A stretch of 64,000 bases of DNA from Squalus acanthias (Eukaryota): assembly GCA_030390025.1 (NCBI GenBank), contig CM059432.1:74898001-74962000 (forward strand), in the 5' to 3' direction. The notes beneath the pieces are model-generated. The model saw nothing but the letters and a program-made list of their open reading frames with translations. It searched no databases and was not told the origin of the DNA. The number at the start of each line of letters is the position of its first letter. Position 1 is the first letter of the stretch. Both the position numbers and the translations under genes were made by a program. Shown piece after piece: positions 37,328 to 50,200 of this stretch.

Positions 37328-38914
37328 CTCTAGATTAAGGGTCCAAGTACAGAAATCAGTAAAAACTAGTAGACAAATACAAAAAATAATCAAAAATGCT
37401 CATGGAATGTTGGCCTTTATCTCAAGGGGGCTGTAATACAAAGGGGTGGAAGTCCTTGGGAAGGATATATTACCTTGGAGGGGTTCAGCGCAGATTCACC
37501 AGAATGCTACTGGGGCTAAAAGGGTTAAGTTATGAGGCCAGGTTGTATAGACTAGGCTTGTATTCCTTTGAGTATAGAATATTAAGGGGTGATCTAATTG
37601 AGATGTTTAAAATGATTAAAAGATTTGATAGGGTAAAGAGAGAGAAACAATTTCCTCTGGTGGAGGAGTCCAGAACAAGGAGGGCATAACCTTAAAATTA
37701 GAGCTGGGCCGTTCAGGAGTGACTTCAAGAAGCAGTTCTTCATGCAAAGGGTAGGAAAAGTCTGGAACTCTCTTCCCCCAAAAAGCTATTGAGGCTAGGT
37801 CTATTGAAAAGTGGGATTGATAGATTTTTGTTAGGCAAGGGTATTAAGAGATATGAAGGCAAAGCGAGTAAATGGAGTTAAGATACAGATCAGCCGTGAT
37901 CTAATTAAATGACAGAACAGGCTCAAGGGGCTGAATGGCCTACTCCTGTCCCTATATTCCTAGATGGGATGGTATTTTGCAAGAACAGAGAGTTCAAAGG
38001 TGTTTTTTTGAGGGGGGTGATGATGGCGGTATTTTAAAAAGTATGGGGCAGTCCCTGAGGGGAAAGATTTGACTTTGTCAGCTAGCATGGGGACCAGGAA
38101 GAGGTTGGGTAGTCAGTATTTTAGTGGGAATGAGATTCAGGGAGCATGACATGGGCATCATTGACAAGATGGACTCAGAAAGGGCATGAAGAGAGACAGG
38201 AGAGAAACCAAAGAAAGACATGGGATCAGGGCTAGGGCAGAGGAGAACCTAGGATGAGGGTTGGCTTGTTGGATAATGGGAAGTTGGGAGGAAGCAGCAG
38301 AGGTAGCTGAATGGACGGAGTGAATAGGGGTAGGAGAATTTATACGGAGGGGGTGGAAGAACTGAAACAATGTGAAATAAGAGAGAGGGCAAGGGGAGCT
38401 GAGATGGAGGCTGAACTCAACAAGGATGAGGAGTTGCTCAGTACAGAGGCTGAAGAAAGGAGGGAGGATATCTCAGGAATAAACTTGGGGTGGGGCTTGG
38501 GGGACTGGTAGAGAACAAAACTTTTAAAGGAGGTGAGAGGGATGAAAGCAAGGTGAGGTACTCGAAAGATTCACTCAGTATGGTACTGATGTTAAGATTA
38601 CAAGTGGGTGCATGTTCTTACCAAGTGTACTTGCTGTGGCCAACTATTGAGTGAATCCCAACCACAGTATTTAAATATGGTCAAGGTACAGTAAACAAGT
38701 ACTTCATTAAGACAATCATATTTCATATTACCAAACAAGTTCATTATAGCAAAGCTTTAATATAAATGTTAACTAACATTGTAATATTGCATAAAATATA
38801 CAGCACAGAAACAGGCCATTCAGCCCAACTAATATGTGCTGGTGTTTATACTCCAGAAGAGTCTCCTCCCATTCTATCGACCGCATCTCAGCCTTTCAGT
38901 GTATCATTCTATTC

Positions 38915-39327
38915 TAGGGTGACCATACGTCCCGGTTTTCCGGGGACAGTCCCCGGATGAGGTCCTGTGTCCCCGGGCAAACAACGTCCCTGGAAGAGTC
39001 CCCAGTTCATGAACCTTGTCCCCGAATAGACTAGAGCCATATTTATTGGAAAATATGCATATCACACCGTTCGACATAATCACAGTTTCAGGTCAATTAA
39101 CTGAACCGGGTTATTGTATTATTTATAAATGGTGTCTGAATGCGCTTCAGTGGTGTGACGTCACATCCGCAGTAATTATATGCACATTTGTTTTGCGTTG
39201 TAGTGTATATGTGCAACTGTTTAAAATATAGGCTGCCAAAAAACTTTGCCTCGGTACGCTGTGGCTACTTTGCTGTGCTCCAACCCTGTGTCTCCCCGGA
39301 TTCGATTTAGAAAATATGGTCACGCTA
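38915..39327. mobile_element. hAT-type MITE (413 bp)
   Basis: TIRs TAGGGTGACCATA ... TATGGTCACGCTA; perfect 8-bp TSD TTCTATTC at 38907-38914 and 39328-39335. One terminus matches the reconstructed end of 22487-24775. Confidence 0.9.
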
Positions 39328-39535
39328 TTCTATTCCCTCTTCTCTCATGTACTTATCTAGTTTCCTTTTGAAAGCATCTAAGCTATTTGCCTCAACCACT
39401 TCCTGTGGAAGTGAGTTCCGCCTTCTAACCACTCTCTGAGTAAAGACATTTCTCCTTATTTCCCTCTAGGATTCATTAGTAACTATCTTGTATTTATGGC
39501 TACTAGTTTTGGATTCTTCCACAAGTGGAAACATT

Positions 39536-40353
39536 GGCCTGAATTTTAATTGGGAGGTGGGTTGGGAGCAGGGGGGGGAGGGGGCTCAGAAGCATTTGGG
39601 AAACCCAGGACAATGGGCCTGATTTGCATTTGAAATATCTGTTTCTCACTCGGAGCTAGCCAGATGGAGTGGCTAGCTGGCTACAGGCGGGTAGGCCTGC
39701 GGCACTAGACCGCAGAGAGGAGGGAGGGAGGGAGGGAGGGATCCGGGGGGCTGGTTGGGGGCCGAACTCGAGCATCGGAGGGGGTAGGGAAAGAATATCG
39801 GAGGCTGGAGGAGGATCGGGGAGGGAGAGAGAGAACATCATGGGCCAGAAGAGAATCGGGGGGAGGGAGAGAACACTGGGGGCTGGTGGAGGATTGGGGA
39901 GGGAGAGAACATCGGGGCCGGCCTGAAGATCATCCGTGGCGGTGGGGGGGAATTGGAGGCCTGGGGGGTGGGGTGATCAGGGGGATTGGAGGCCTTGTGG
40001 GGGGTCACTGATCACGGGGGGGGGGGGTTAGGCAGAGACGCTGGATCCAGGCGGTGAGTGTAAAGGCACTTACCTCCTGGAACTAGCAGTCCTTACCTTC
40101 CATTAGCTGTCAGGTTTTCAGAGTCCTGCGAAACCTGACCAGCCATAGTTAAATTTGAAATCTGAGGAACGTCAGCCTCATTATAATATTTAAATGGGTG
40201 ACCCACATCCTGGGAGTGGGTTGGTTGCCCACCCACATTCTGCCTCCGTTAAAACCAGAAGTGGGCGGGTTAGGGTCAGGATTAATTTTTTAAAACACTT
40301 TAACCTCCCATCCGATCCCAACCCACCTGTTTTTTGGGGTTAAAAATTTCCAC
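39536..40353. mobile_element. Harbinger-type non-autonomous element with a G-rich core
   Basis: ATT duplicated at 39533-39535 and 40354-40356; removal restores CR1 (agtggaaacatt|atctccatatctacc). TIRs are weak. Confidence 0.65.
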
Positions 40354-43300
40354 ATTATCTCCATATCTACCCTGTCCAACCCATTCATAATTTTAATGAC
40401 CTCTATTAGGTCTCCTCTACATCTTCTCTTTACTAAAGAAAAAAGCCCCAACCTGTTCAATCTTTCCCGATAGCTGTAATCTCTCAGTTCTGGTACCATC
40501 CTTGAAAATCTTCTTTGCACTTTTTCCAGTGCTTCTGCATCCTTTTTAATAGTATGGAGACCAGAACTGTGCACAGTACTCTAAGTGCGGCATGTCCAGG
40601 GTCCAAAACAAGTTTAACATAACTTCACTACCTGTGAATTCTATATCCCCAGAAATAAATCCCCAGTGCTTTGTTAGCATTTTTGATTGCTTTGCTTTGC
40701 AGACCTGCGATGCTGCTTTTAATGATTTATTCACCTGTATCCCTAGATCCCTTTGCTCTTCTACCCAATTCAGTTTCTTATTTTCTAAGGTGTAGGTGAG
40801 GTCTCTGTTTTTCCTACCAAAGTGCATCACCTCACAATTATCTATATTAAAATTAATTTGCCATTTACCATCCAGTCTGCAAGTTTTCTAATGCCTTCTT
40901 GTATTATATTGCATTCTTCCTCGGTGTTAGCTCAGTTTGGTGTCATCTGGAAATTTTAATATTGAGTTACTTATTCCTAGGTCAAAATCATTAATGTAAA
41001 TTATGAATAACAGTGGTCCCAGCACTGATCCTTATGGAACATCCCTACTCTCTTTCTATTTTTTAGCCAATTTGCTATCCATTCGGCTATTTGTCCCCTG
41101 ACTCCACATGCTATAACATTTTTCATGAGCCTACCGTGTGCTACCTTATCAAAGGCCTTTTGAAAATCCAAGTATATGACATCTACTACACTGCCCTTGT
41201 CTACTCTTTGTTACCACTTCAAATCATTTTATCAGGTTAGTTAAGCATGATTTAATGCTTCGGAATCTATGCTGACTATTTGATATATTTTCTGTCTCTA
41301 GATGCTCTTCTAGCACTTCTTTTAGTATAGATTCCAGTATCTTTCCTATCGCTGAGGTTAAGCTGACTGGTCTATAGTTCCCAGGTTTTTGTCCTGTCTT
41401 CCCTTATTCTATATCAGAGCAACATTAGCTGTCCGCCAGTCCTCTGGCACTACCCCCTCTTCTATGGAACTTTTTAAAAAATATATAAACTAGTGCCTCT
41501 ACTATCTCCTCCCTAGTTTCCTTGAGTATGTGTGGGTGCATACCATCTGGACCTGGGTTTTATCCTCTTTTAGTTTTGCTAGTTTGTCAATTATTTTCTC
41601 CCTTTCTATCCCAACTGTGTTAATATTCTTTTTAAGCTCATCTTCTAATGAAGTGTCTATTTTATTATCATCTTTAGTAGAAACTGTATTCCCATTTTGC
41701 TTACAGAGCAAATTAATCATTTGAAGCCACTTTATCAAGATATTTGTTTCAGTACAAAATCAACTTGCATTTATACAGAACCTTTAATGTAGAAAACATC
41801 CCAAGGCATTTAACAGAGGGGCAAAAAAAGCAGGAAACATCACAATTAGATATTTCAAGCCATCATCTTGCTTCACTATTTTAAGAATGAACATATAGAA
41901 CAAATTTATTTCACAAACCAGCCTTGCATAAAGCTTCTAATGCACCATATTATATCCTAGGTACTGCATTGATATTCAAAGTAAAGCTCCCTTTAGTTTT
42001 AAGCTAGAACATCCAAACAATTAACAGTTTTAATGCCATGCAACCGCAGTGCAAAACAAATTACGATTCCAATAATCTCTGTGATCTATGCAGTTATAAG
42101 AGTTCCGCAATGTCATTTCCTAGACACTTATCTAGTCCTATGAGTTCTTCCCCGATGGATTGGGTGTATATGCAGCACTCGGTGTAGTACGAAGTTATAC
42201 AGTGCAAGAAGGTCCCATATTTGGTGCCTGGCCTGTGCGGAGATATTTGATCTCAATGAGGGCAGTAATATGGACACTACAATTGACCTCCGAAGAAAAA
42301 TAAAGCTGGGGCTGCTTCTAATTGTGATGCAATGACTCCTACTGGACATTTGTGTGCGTTGTGTTTATGTATGCTTTTTGGGTAAGCTTAGGTGTGATGT
42401 CCTCCCCCTTGGTTAACGAGCTTGCTGAAACTACTGTATAGCCTCACACATCAGGAATGGTCACTTGAGTGAGGTGTAAGAGGAAAGCTGGGACTTCTGA
42501 AACTGTACCCTACAAAGTCAGTGCCTAGTAAGGAAAGGGAAGAAAATTGGGAACAAACATTTAAAGCACTGAATATCCTTTACAATGTTGAAAATATGAA
42601 CCCAATTTTTAATAGTAAACTTCCAAAAAAAACTACATGTTTTTAACAGTGCAGAATTAGCAGAATGTACAGAACCAAACCACTAATACTCTCTGATGTG
42701 GCGAAGCAGAGTGGTGTTGATCTCTCTCTCCTACCCAGTCTGATTGCTGATGGAATTCCTTCTAACAGCCATGAATAATCCCTTGGTTACCATCAGTAAT
42801 TATTACCATTTCCAAGTGATTATTCATGGTTCAGTTAAAGGTCACCCCATACATCAGTTGCATGAGAAAAAAAATCATTGGTTGATTGGCAGAAAAAGCA
42901 ACAAAGGAGAAAGATTTAAGGTACCATACTCCAATAGGGTAGTACAGAAGCTTCATATTACAATGGGTGACGCACTCTTTGAACTCATTAAAGCACTAAT
43001 TTCCCTCTCTCCAACCCCACTCCCCTGTGCACCAGCTACATCACTATAAATATCTATTCAGAAACTGCTGGAGATCCATGACAGGTTAGTAATCATTTGA
43101 AAGAGAAACGTGCTGGAGAGTTTCACCTGGAAACTATAACTTGCCTTTTTTCCTTCATATGCTGACTAACCCCTGCTGTCTACTTTCAATCTTTTCTTTT
43201 TTTAGTTTCAGATTTTCAGCAATAGTAATTTATTTCTTTTTTTATTCTCCAATTTTATCCTCTCCATTTTCTGCTCTCCTGAAGGCGATGACTCTCTTGC

Positions 43301-43493
43301 TGAGTTCCATGGGAAGTAGTTCCTCTCTTTATCACACTGCAGTGGTAAGAGTACCGGACCATGTGCATGAGAAAATGCCATTCAGCCTATCACAAGATTG
43401 AAACCAATGAGGAAGGTCTTTCAACTCATCCAGGAAGAAAATTGCAGTCCCCCATCACAGTATTCAGCTGTTTCTTAAACAAACCTTAATAAT

Positions 43494-45186
43494 ACAAAAG
43501 CAAAATACTGCGGATGCTGGAGATCTGAAATAATAACAGAAATTGCTAGAAATACTCAGTAGGTCAGACAGCATCTGTGAAGAGAGAAACCTAGTTACCG
43601 TTTCAGGCCGATGACATTTCATCAGAGTTGGAAAACATTACAGATGTAACAGGCTTTAAGCAAGTACAGAGGCAGGGAAAGCCAGGACGAGAGGAAAGAA
43701 CAAAAGTAATAGGGTGGAAGGAAGGAGAGATTAAATGACAAAAGGGATGATGGTGCAAGGCGAAAGGGGGTGGTAATGGGACACGTAAAGAAACAAAAGA
43801 TGGGTCTAGAAGTGTAAATGGGAATAGCAGAATCATCAACAGGTGCCGTCCAAAAAAAATGGGGGCAGAGGTTATGATCTGAAATTGTTGAACTCATTGT
43901 TGAGTCCAAAGGCTGTAAAGTGCCTCATCGAAAGATGAGGTGCTGTTCCTCGAGCTTACATTGAGCTTCATTGCAACAGTGTAGGAGGCAGAGGATAGAG
44001 AGGTCAGAATGGGAGTGGAGTGGAGATTTAAAGTGACAGGCGACCGGAAGCTCAGGGTCACGCTTGCGGACTGAATGGAGGTGTTCTGCAAAGCAGTCAC
44101 CCAATCTGCATTTGGTCTCCCCAATGTAGAGGAGACCACATCATGAGAAGCGAATACGGTATACTAAATTGAAAGAAGTAAAAGTAAATCACTTTCACCT
44201 GGAAGGAGTGTTTTGGGCCTGGGAAGGGAGGAGGTAAAAGGGCAGGTGTTGCATCTCCTGGGTTTGCATGGGAAGGTGCCATGGGAAGGGGAAGGGGTGT
44301 TGGGTGTGATTGAGGAGTGGACCAGGGTGTTGCGGAGGGAACGGTCTCTTCAGAATGCTGAAAGGGGAGGGGAGGGGAAGATGTGTTTGGTGGTGGGATC
44401 ATGCTGGAGATGGTGGAAATGGCGGAGGATGATCTGTTGAATGTGGAGACTGGTGGGGTGAAAGGTGAGGACAAGGGGAAGCCTATCATAGTTCTAGGAG
44501 GGAGGGGAAGGGGTGAGAGAAGTGCGGGAAATGGAACAGACACAGTCGAGTACCATGTCAACCACGATGGAGGGGAATCCTTGGTTGAGGAAAAAGGAAG
44601 ACATATTGGAAGCACTGGTATGGAAAGTGCCATTGTTAGAACTGATGCGACGGAGACGGAGAAACTGGGAGAATGGAATAGAGTCCTTTCAGGAAGTGAG
44701 GTGGGAGAAAGTGTAGTCAAGGTAGCTGTGGGAGTCAGTGGGCTTATAATGAATATTAGTCGATAGCCTATCCCCAGAAATGGAGACAGAGAAGTCGAGG
44801 AGGGGAAGGGAAGAGTCGAAGATGCACCCTGTGAAGGCAAGGGAAGGGTGATAATTGGAAGTAAAGTGAATGACATTTTCCACTTCGGGGTGAAGTGAAA
44901 AATGTCATCAATGTACTGAAAAAAGAGGCGAGGGAGGGGACCCAAGTAGGACTGGAACAAAGAATGTTCTACATATCCCACGAAAAGGCAGGCATATCTA
45001 GGAGCCATGCAGGTTCCCATAGCAACACCTTTTATTTGGAGGAAGTGATTGGAGTCAAAGGAGAAGTTGTTCAATGTGAGAACAAGTTCAGCCAGGCGGA
45101 GGAGGGTGGTGGAATGGGACTGGTTGGGTCTCTGTTCAAGGAAGAAGCGGAGCGCCCTCAGGCCGTCCTGGTGGGGGATGGAGGTG
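43494..45186 (-). mobile_element. Penelope-like retroelement (RT plus GIY-YIG, frameshifted) with 3' terminal region
   Basis: ORF 44097-45074 begins NNFSFDSNHFLQIKGVAMGTCMAPRYACLFVG...FFQYIDDIF (Penelope-type RT). The downstream part is highly similar to 14921-16332. Confidence 0.92.
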
Positions 45187-46142
45187 TTGTCTCTTATTTT
45201 CCCCTATGAGGCATCCTCTCTTTCAAGCTGAAAGGCGAAGTTTCTCTCGTCTTTCCTTATAACTCAGTTCTTTGATGCCAAGTATCAGCCTCACTTCTAA
45301 GGTTTCAACGTCTCAGTAGCCAAATCATTTAAGCTCACATACAGAAACCATTTTGATCTCACCCCTGCCTTATCCTCAAAGGGTTAATGTTCTTTAGCTG
45401 GTTTTTACTAATCTGTCACCTTGTGCAGCCTGCCGTCTATCGACAGCAATAAATAATACAGATTTCCTGCATAATGAATGATCCTTTTTCTACTGTGCAT
45501 CACCACTTTTTACTTATTCCACCTGCACCTCACTCTCTGACCAAATTATAGCAAATGTTTTATCCTCCAATTAATCCAAAAGGTTAAAATGGATTAGTAA
45601 AAATGAGCACAGAAAAAATAAAGGTCAAAATCCCTCCCACACAAGCTGTTCCTCCAGAGGTAATTCCAGGATAAATACAACTGTACTGAGAGATCCTTCG
45701 CAAATCATTGTAGCGTTTTGCAAGTTAAGTCCGAGGGTGCTCTGTTAATTATTCTTTTAAAAGTGCAGCAGATTTGAGCATTTACTCCACAGGCATAATA
45801 CATGTGCAGTCTACCACAAGTCTATTAATCCAGCTTCTCTAAACGAGTGACTGCCAATTAAGTCAGAAACACTGTGCCGGCACCTTTGTTCTCAAGCTTG
45901 CTAGTAACATTTATCGTAGTTTTTAGTTGCAAAATGCTTTTATTTCTCTCAGTTTCAGATAATAATTGAGATAAATAACAGCAGTATATGCAGTAGCCCC
46001 CTGCTCTCTCGCTTTAAATTGGTTGGAATGCATTTTTGCTCCTCAATCAGCAAGCCTTTTACAAATATAATTGTAATACATTCATTTCCCTTTTTAAAAG
46101 TTCTAATGTTTGTAATTACTATGTCATTTAAAAAATGTTTTA

Positions 46143-46579
46143 AACTTGTATTTATATAGCGCCTTTCACGACCACCAGACATCCCAAAGCACTTTACAGC
46201 CAATGAAGTACTTTTTGAAGCGTAGTCACTGTTGTCATGTAGGAAATGTAGCAGCCAATTTGTGTACAGCAAGCTCCCACAAACAACAATATGGTAATGA
46301 CCAGGTAATCTGTTTTAGTGATGTTGATTGAGGGATATATATTGGCCAGAACACCGGGAATAACTCCCCTGCTCTTCTTCGAAATAGTGCCATGGAATCT
46401 TTTATGTCCACCTGAGAGAGCAGATGGGGCCTCTCGGCACCTCCAACAGTGCAGCACTCCCTCAGTACTGCACTGGAGTGTCAGCCTAGATTTATTTGGG
46501 CTCAAGTCTCTGGAGTGGGACTTGAACCCACAACCTTCTGACTCAGTCGAGGTTGCTACCAACTGAGCCACGGCTGACA
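46143..46579 (-). mobile_element. Intact Deu-domain tRNA SINE (SacSINE1/AmnSINE1-like)
   Basis: On -: A box TGGCTCAGTTGG, B box GGTTCAAGTCC, central taaaagattccatggcactatttcgaagaagagcagggg...cccggtgttctggccaat, and L2-like tail ggcgctatataaatacaagt. Confidence 0.8.
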
Positions 46580-46915
46580 AACATCTGTTTCATATTCCTG
46601 CCATTAACGTGATCATACAGTGATGTCATTTTTATTAGTGAGGCAATACAGAGATTGGGAAAGCAGTTGGGAGGGTAAAAGATGAGGGAAGTTAGGAGCA
46701 CATGAATTGTTTTCTGCAGGTGAGTTCCTAACAATGGTGAAATTGCTGCTCAATAAATGAGTAAAATTATGGTAAATTTACGGCATATTGGTGCTCACAC
46801 GATTGTTTAAATAATTGTTTGTACACTTTCCTTAACTACCCTAGGAAGAGAATCCAAGTCATAGGGGAATGCAATGTAAACTGCTTGGACAGAAGTGGGA
46901 AGTTAGGAAGCAAAC

Positions 46916-47208
46916 TAGGATTGCCAATCCTCCAGGATTTCCCTGAAGTCTCCAAGAATTAAAAGCCTAATCTCCAGGACACAGCTGTGAGCAACCCAGG
47001 AGATAAATCACAGGGGCATTCATTTTTTAAAAAATTCTCTTTTAACACTTTTGTTTATCAGTTATAAAAATATCGGACATGGGGGGAAAAAGGCTGTTTG
47101 ACGGATATGTTGAGCGACCAATGGCGAGTGTGGGGGTGGGGAGGTTGAAGACAGGAGGTCATGTGATGACACCTCCAGGAATATGTCCAACCAGAGTTGG
47201 CACCCCTA
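46916..47208. mobile_element. hAT-like MITE
   Basis: Termini TAGGATTGCCAA ... TTGGCACCCCTA. No matching TSD seen. Confidence 0.55.
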
Positions 47209-50200
47209 AGGCTTGTGTTATCCATTTTGTTTTGCTACTGCCAAACAAAACCTGGGCTGGAGCAAGCGAAAACAGAGCAGGAACTCTAGTAAGTTCTTGA
47301 GCTATGTTACGGTGTTCGGGAAAACAGCAGGGAAGTGGCATTAGGCAGATTTACATTTTGGAAACTTATCCAAAAACTTTGAGACATTTGATCAACATTT
47401 CAGAAGGTTATGATGTTTGTAGTCATGATATCCACCAAACTTAGGAAATAAATTCCAGAAATTCAGCCTCCTTTGCAGTTTAACCAACTAATTTGATTTT
47501 TTGCAGTATATAATATTGTATTTACTTTACGTGCTGCTACTGGCTGTACTGTAAGGGTAATGAGGCAGCGCTACTGCCTTTGGAGCGACAGACAACTATC
47601 TCTAGATGGATTTCCGCAGAACATTCTAGGAAATGGGCACAGCAACAATGTAAATAACTGCCAATGGCTACATTACTGCCATTTTGTTTTTCTGGTTAAA
47701 GGCAGGTTCAGCACTCGGCCCACCTGAACAGACCAGCAATGTAGTTTTCCACTTGCTGGATTGTACGATGGACTCAACACCACCGACAGTAACAAAAACT
47801 GCACATATACCGTTATTAAAGTAACAGCAATTTTTAATTTCTGGTTGTTCGACATTGCGAAGTAACGACATATGAGCATTTTTTGTGTTTGTTAGAACTG
47901 TGGAACTCATCATCCAATGTCAATGGGACAGATTCTACAGCACCAGAGCTTGAGTGCATGATCGAACTGTCTTACATTTCTGTAATATAAACATTGCGTT
48001 TCTCTAGTTGCCTTTATAAATACTGATCAAGTTCTAACTTTATTTTAATGTTTATCTCTCTCTTTTGCATCCCAATCAATTGGCTCTTGATCCCTGAAAT
48101 ATTGCTGACAAATTATTACACTAATTGGATGTATAAAACAGAGACCCACACACCTGTCTCAGATTTTTTTTCAATCGTTATTTCTTTCTTCTTTAAAGTT
48201 TGATGGTATTCCCTGAAGCTTCAGTTGTCTTTAGCAACTTGAAGAAAAATAAATCATCTTGTCCTATTCTGCAGCTTTTTTTTTATTCCACCCCACCCCC
48301 AGCAGCTCTGATCCCTCCATAGTTTGTCCTTTCATCCTCCTGGCAGTTCTGCTCTCTCTGTGACCTTTTAGCCATTGCACCCAGTAGCTCCAGTTTTTAT
48401 TGGAGCACTTTCTACCTTCCCCTGGGAGCCCTGATCATTGTTACAGACTCGTCTGAAATACTCCCTTCCCCCTCTATTCTTTATATTAGCCATTTATCAG
48501 CTCCTCCTAACACTTTCAATACTTTACCCCAACAGTTATATTTTTCTCTCTTCCCATTGCCTTCAAACAAAGAGATAGAAAAAAACCACAATTAGAAATG
48601 AAAGCTTTGTAACGGGAATGACAAACTGAAGGCTGGAGATGAAAAGTGGAAGAAAAAGTCACAGAAAGAAAAAGAACAAATGGATTGAGAAGACACAAAC
48701 ACAAGATAGATTTCTCAGCACTACACAGCCAGATACTCCAGCAGGGCAAAATCACACTTAGCTCTCAGTTAATACTGCCTGAAAAACATCCACTAATGAT
48801 TTCAACAAGAAAATAAGGGCTAGGCTACTGGAGGTGTTAGCTCAGTATAATTCTATTTGAGAAAATTAGAATAAACTCTTCAGTATTGTATATGAAAATA
48901 AGACCCAAGGATAGCCTGATAATAACAGAGCAGAAACCCTTGTAACAAATCTGTGGCAAAAGGAAGCTGGATTGATCAGTGTAATAAGTGAAATCAGTGA
49001 AACTAATGAAAACTTGGGCATTTCTGCAGTAATATTGCTGTTAAATACCCCATTAAATGTTAAGCCTTGTTGGAATAGGTATAATTGGGGTTTTAATAGC
49101 GTATTGATGGGTAAACAACTGTTCTGGCCCTGAAAACTGATTTTTATATCTTTGGAGTGTCTAATTTCTCCATTATAATAAAAATTACAATTTAAATTTT
49201 TTTTAAATTTTTTTAAAGTTTGTTCTTGATATTTCAAGCTTCTACCTTATTCCCATTTGAGAGTCCTAATTTTTATTTCGCTCTCTGTAACATTTTTAAA
49301 AAGTCTGGATAAAAGCTGCTTCTCATTTCCTGGTTTCCTGTCTGTGAGAATTCTGCAATGTGATTGGCTGCTTAGATAGCTTGTTGACGTCACTGCAGCA
49401 TCACACTAGGAATTCCCATTACAGAGCACTGCAATTAATTGAACAAAAAAGGCAAACTTCTCACTACAGCGATTGCAAGATCTCTGTGGGGAGCTTTCTT
49501 TGGTGCCAGCAGCGAGAGTCTTTGCTTCGCTGCTGACCGCAAATTACTGGCCAATAAGTTCAAATGCAATGCTGTGACGCAAGTGAATTTGCAACTGGGA
49601 AATTCACACAGGTGTATGCTATACAATGCATTTTACAGTAACTGGGTTGATACTGACCAAACTCATTTTACATAGGACCTTTACAGTTTCGGCAAAAGAG
49701 ATTTCCATACCATCTGCGTGAGCCAGGTTGCAAACACAGGTGCCAGAGAAAGGCCAGTGTCAAATTCACAATACCCACATCTTCTATATTACACCAATGT
49801 AATAACATGTTCCGGTTCGGACGAAGGGTCATAGACCTAAAACGTTACCCCGGCCTTCTCTTCTCCGATGCTGCCTGACCTGCTAACTCTTTCCAATATG
49901 TTGTTTTTATTTCTTATTTGCAGTATCTGGCTTTTGGCTCAGTTTGGAACATCTATGGAAACTCCATCCTTCAGGAGGTGCCTAACGACACAATCCCCAG
50001 TTCTATCCATTCCTACCCGTTCAAAATTAATTTTTTCTCCCTAATTGCGCTTCATTTTAGTTATTTTGGTAGCATTCTTGATTTTGTTTTGAAACTTGAC
50101 TTTTCAACTGAAGGTTTTTTTTAAAAAAAAATTTGTTTGCAATCTAGTATTGTCTTTTTTTAAAATAGATAAAGCCCAATAGAAATTCATGTTAAAATAT

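Larger units (their letters stand above)
33107..37332 (+). mobile_element. Near full-length CR1 LINE (5' UTR, ORF1, disrupted ORF2, 3' tail)
   Basis: ORF1 33401-34342; ORF2 pieces 34344-37327 with APE (NARSL, AITETWL, GDFN, SDHN) and RT; tail gctgtataactctatgactcta. Confidence 0.95.
31946..37962 (+). mobile_element. CR1 LINE fragment (31946-33106 plus 37333-37962) hosting two further insertions
   Basis: ORF 31947-32231 (KSPGPDGFHPRVLKE...WKTANVTPLFKKG). Continues as gaggaacagagaga|ttaagggtccaagtacag after the inner CR1; 3' UTR at 37880-37960. Confidence 0.85.
31480..38560 (-). mobile_element. Degraded L2-type LINE (31480-31945 plus 37963-38560), outermost host of a nest
   Basis: ORF 31469-31783 (ITSGVPHGSILGS). 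The sequence resumes across the insert as aaagggaggttag|agatggg..ggta.tttgcaag. Confidence 0.6.
38790..41690 (-). mobile_element. Degraded CR1 LINE carrying two DNA-element insertions
   Basis: ORFs 41502-41738, 40546-40830 and 40290-40574 (MHFGRKN, HLEYCAQFWSP, LEKVQRRFSRMVPEL). Confidence 0.85.

Noticed and set aside
46490..46579. tRNA gene
   Set aside because: The A/B boxes belong to a SINE head continuous with a SINE body and tail; no complete cloverleaf is evident.
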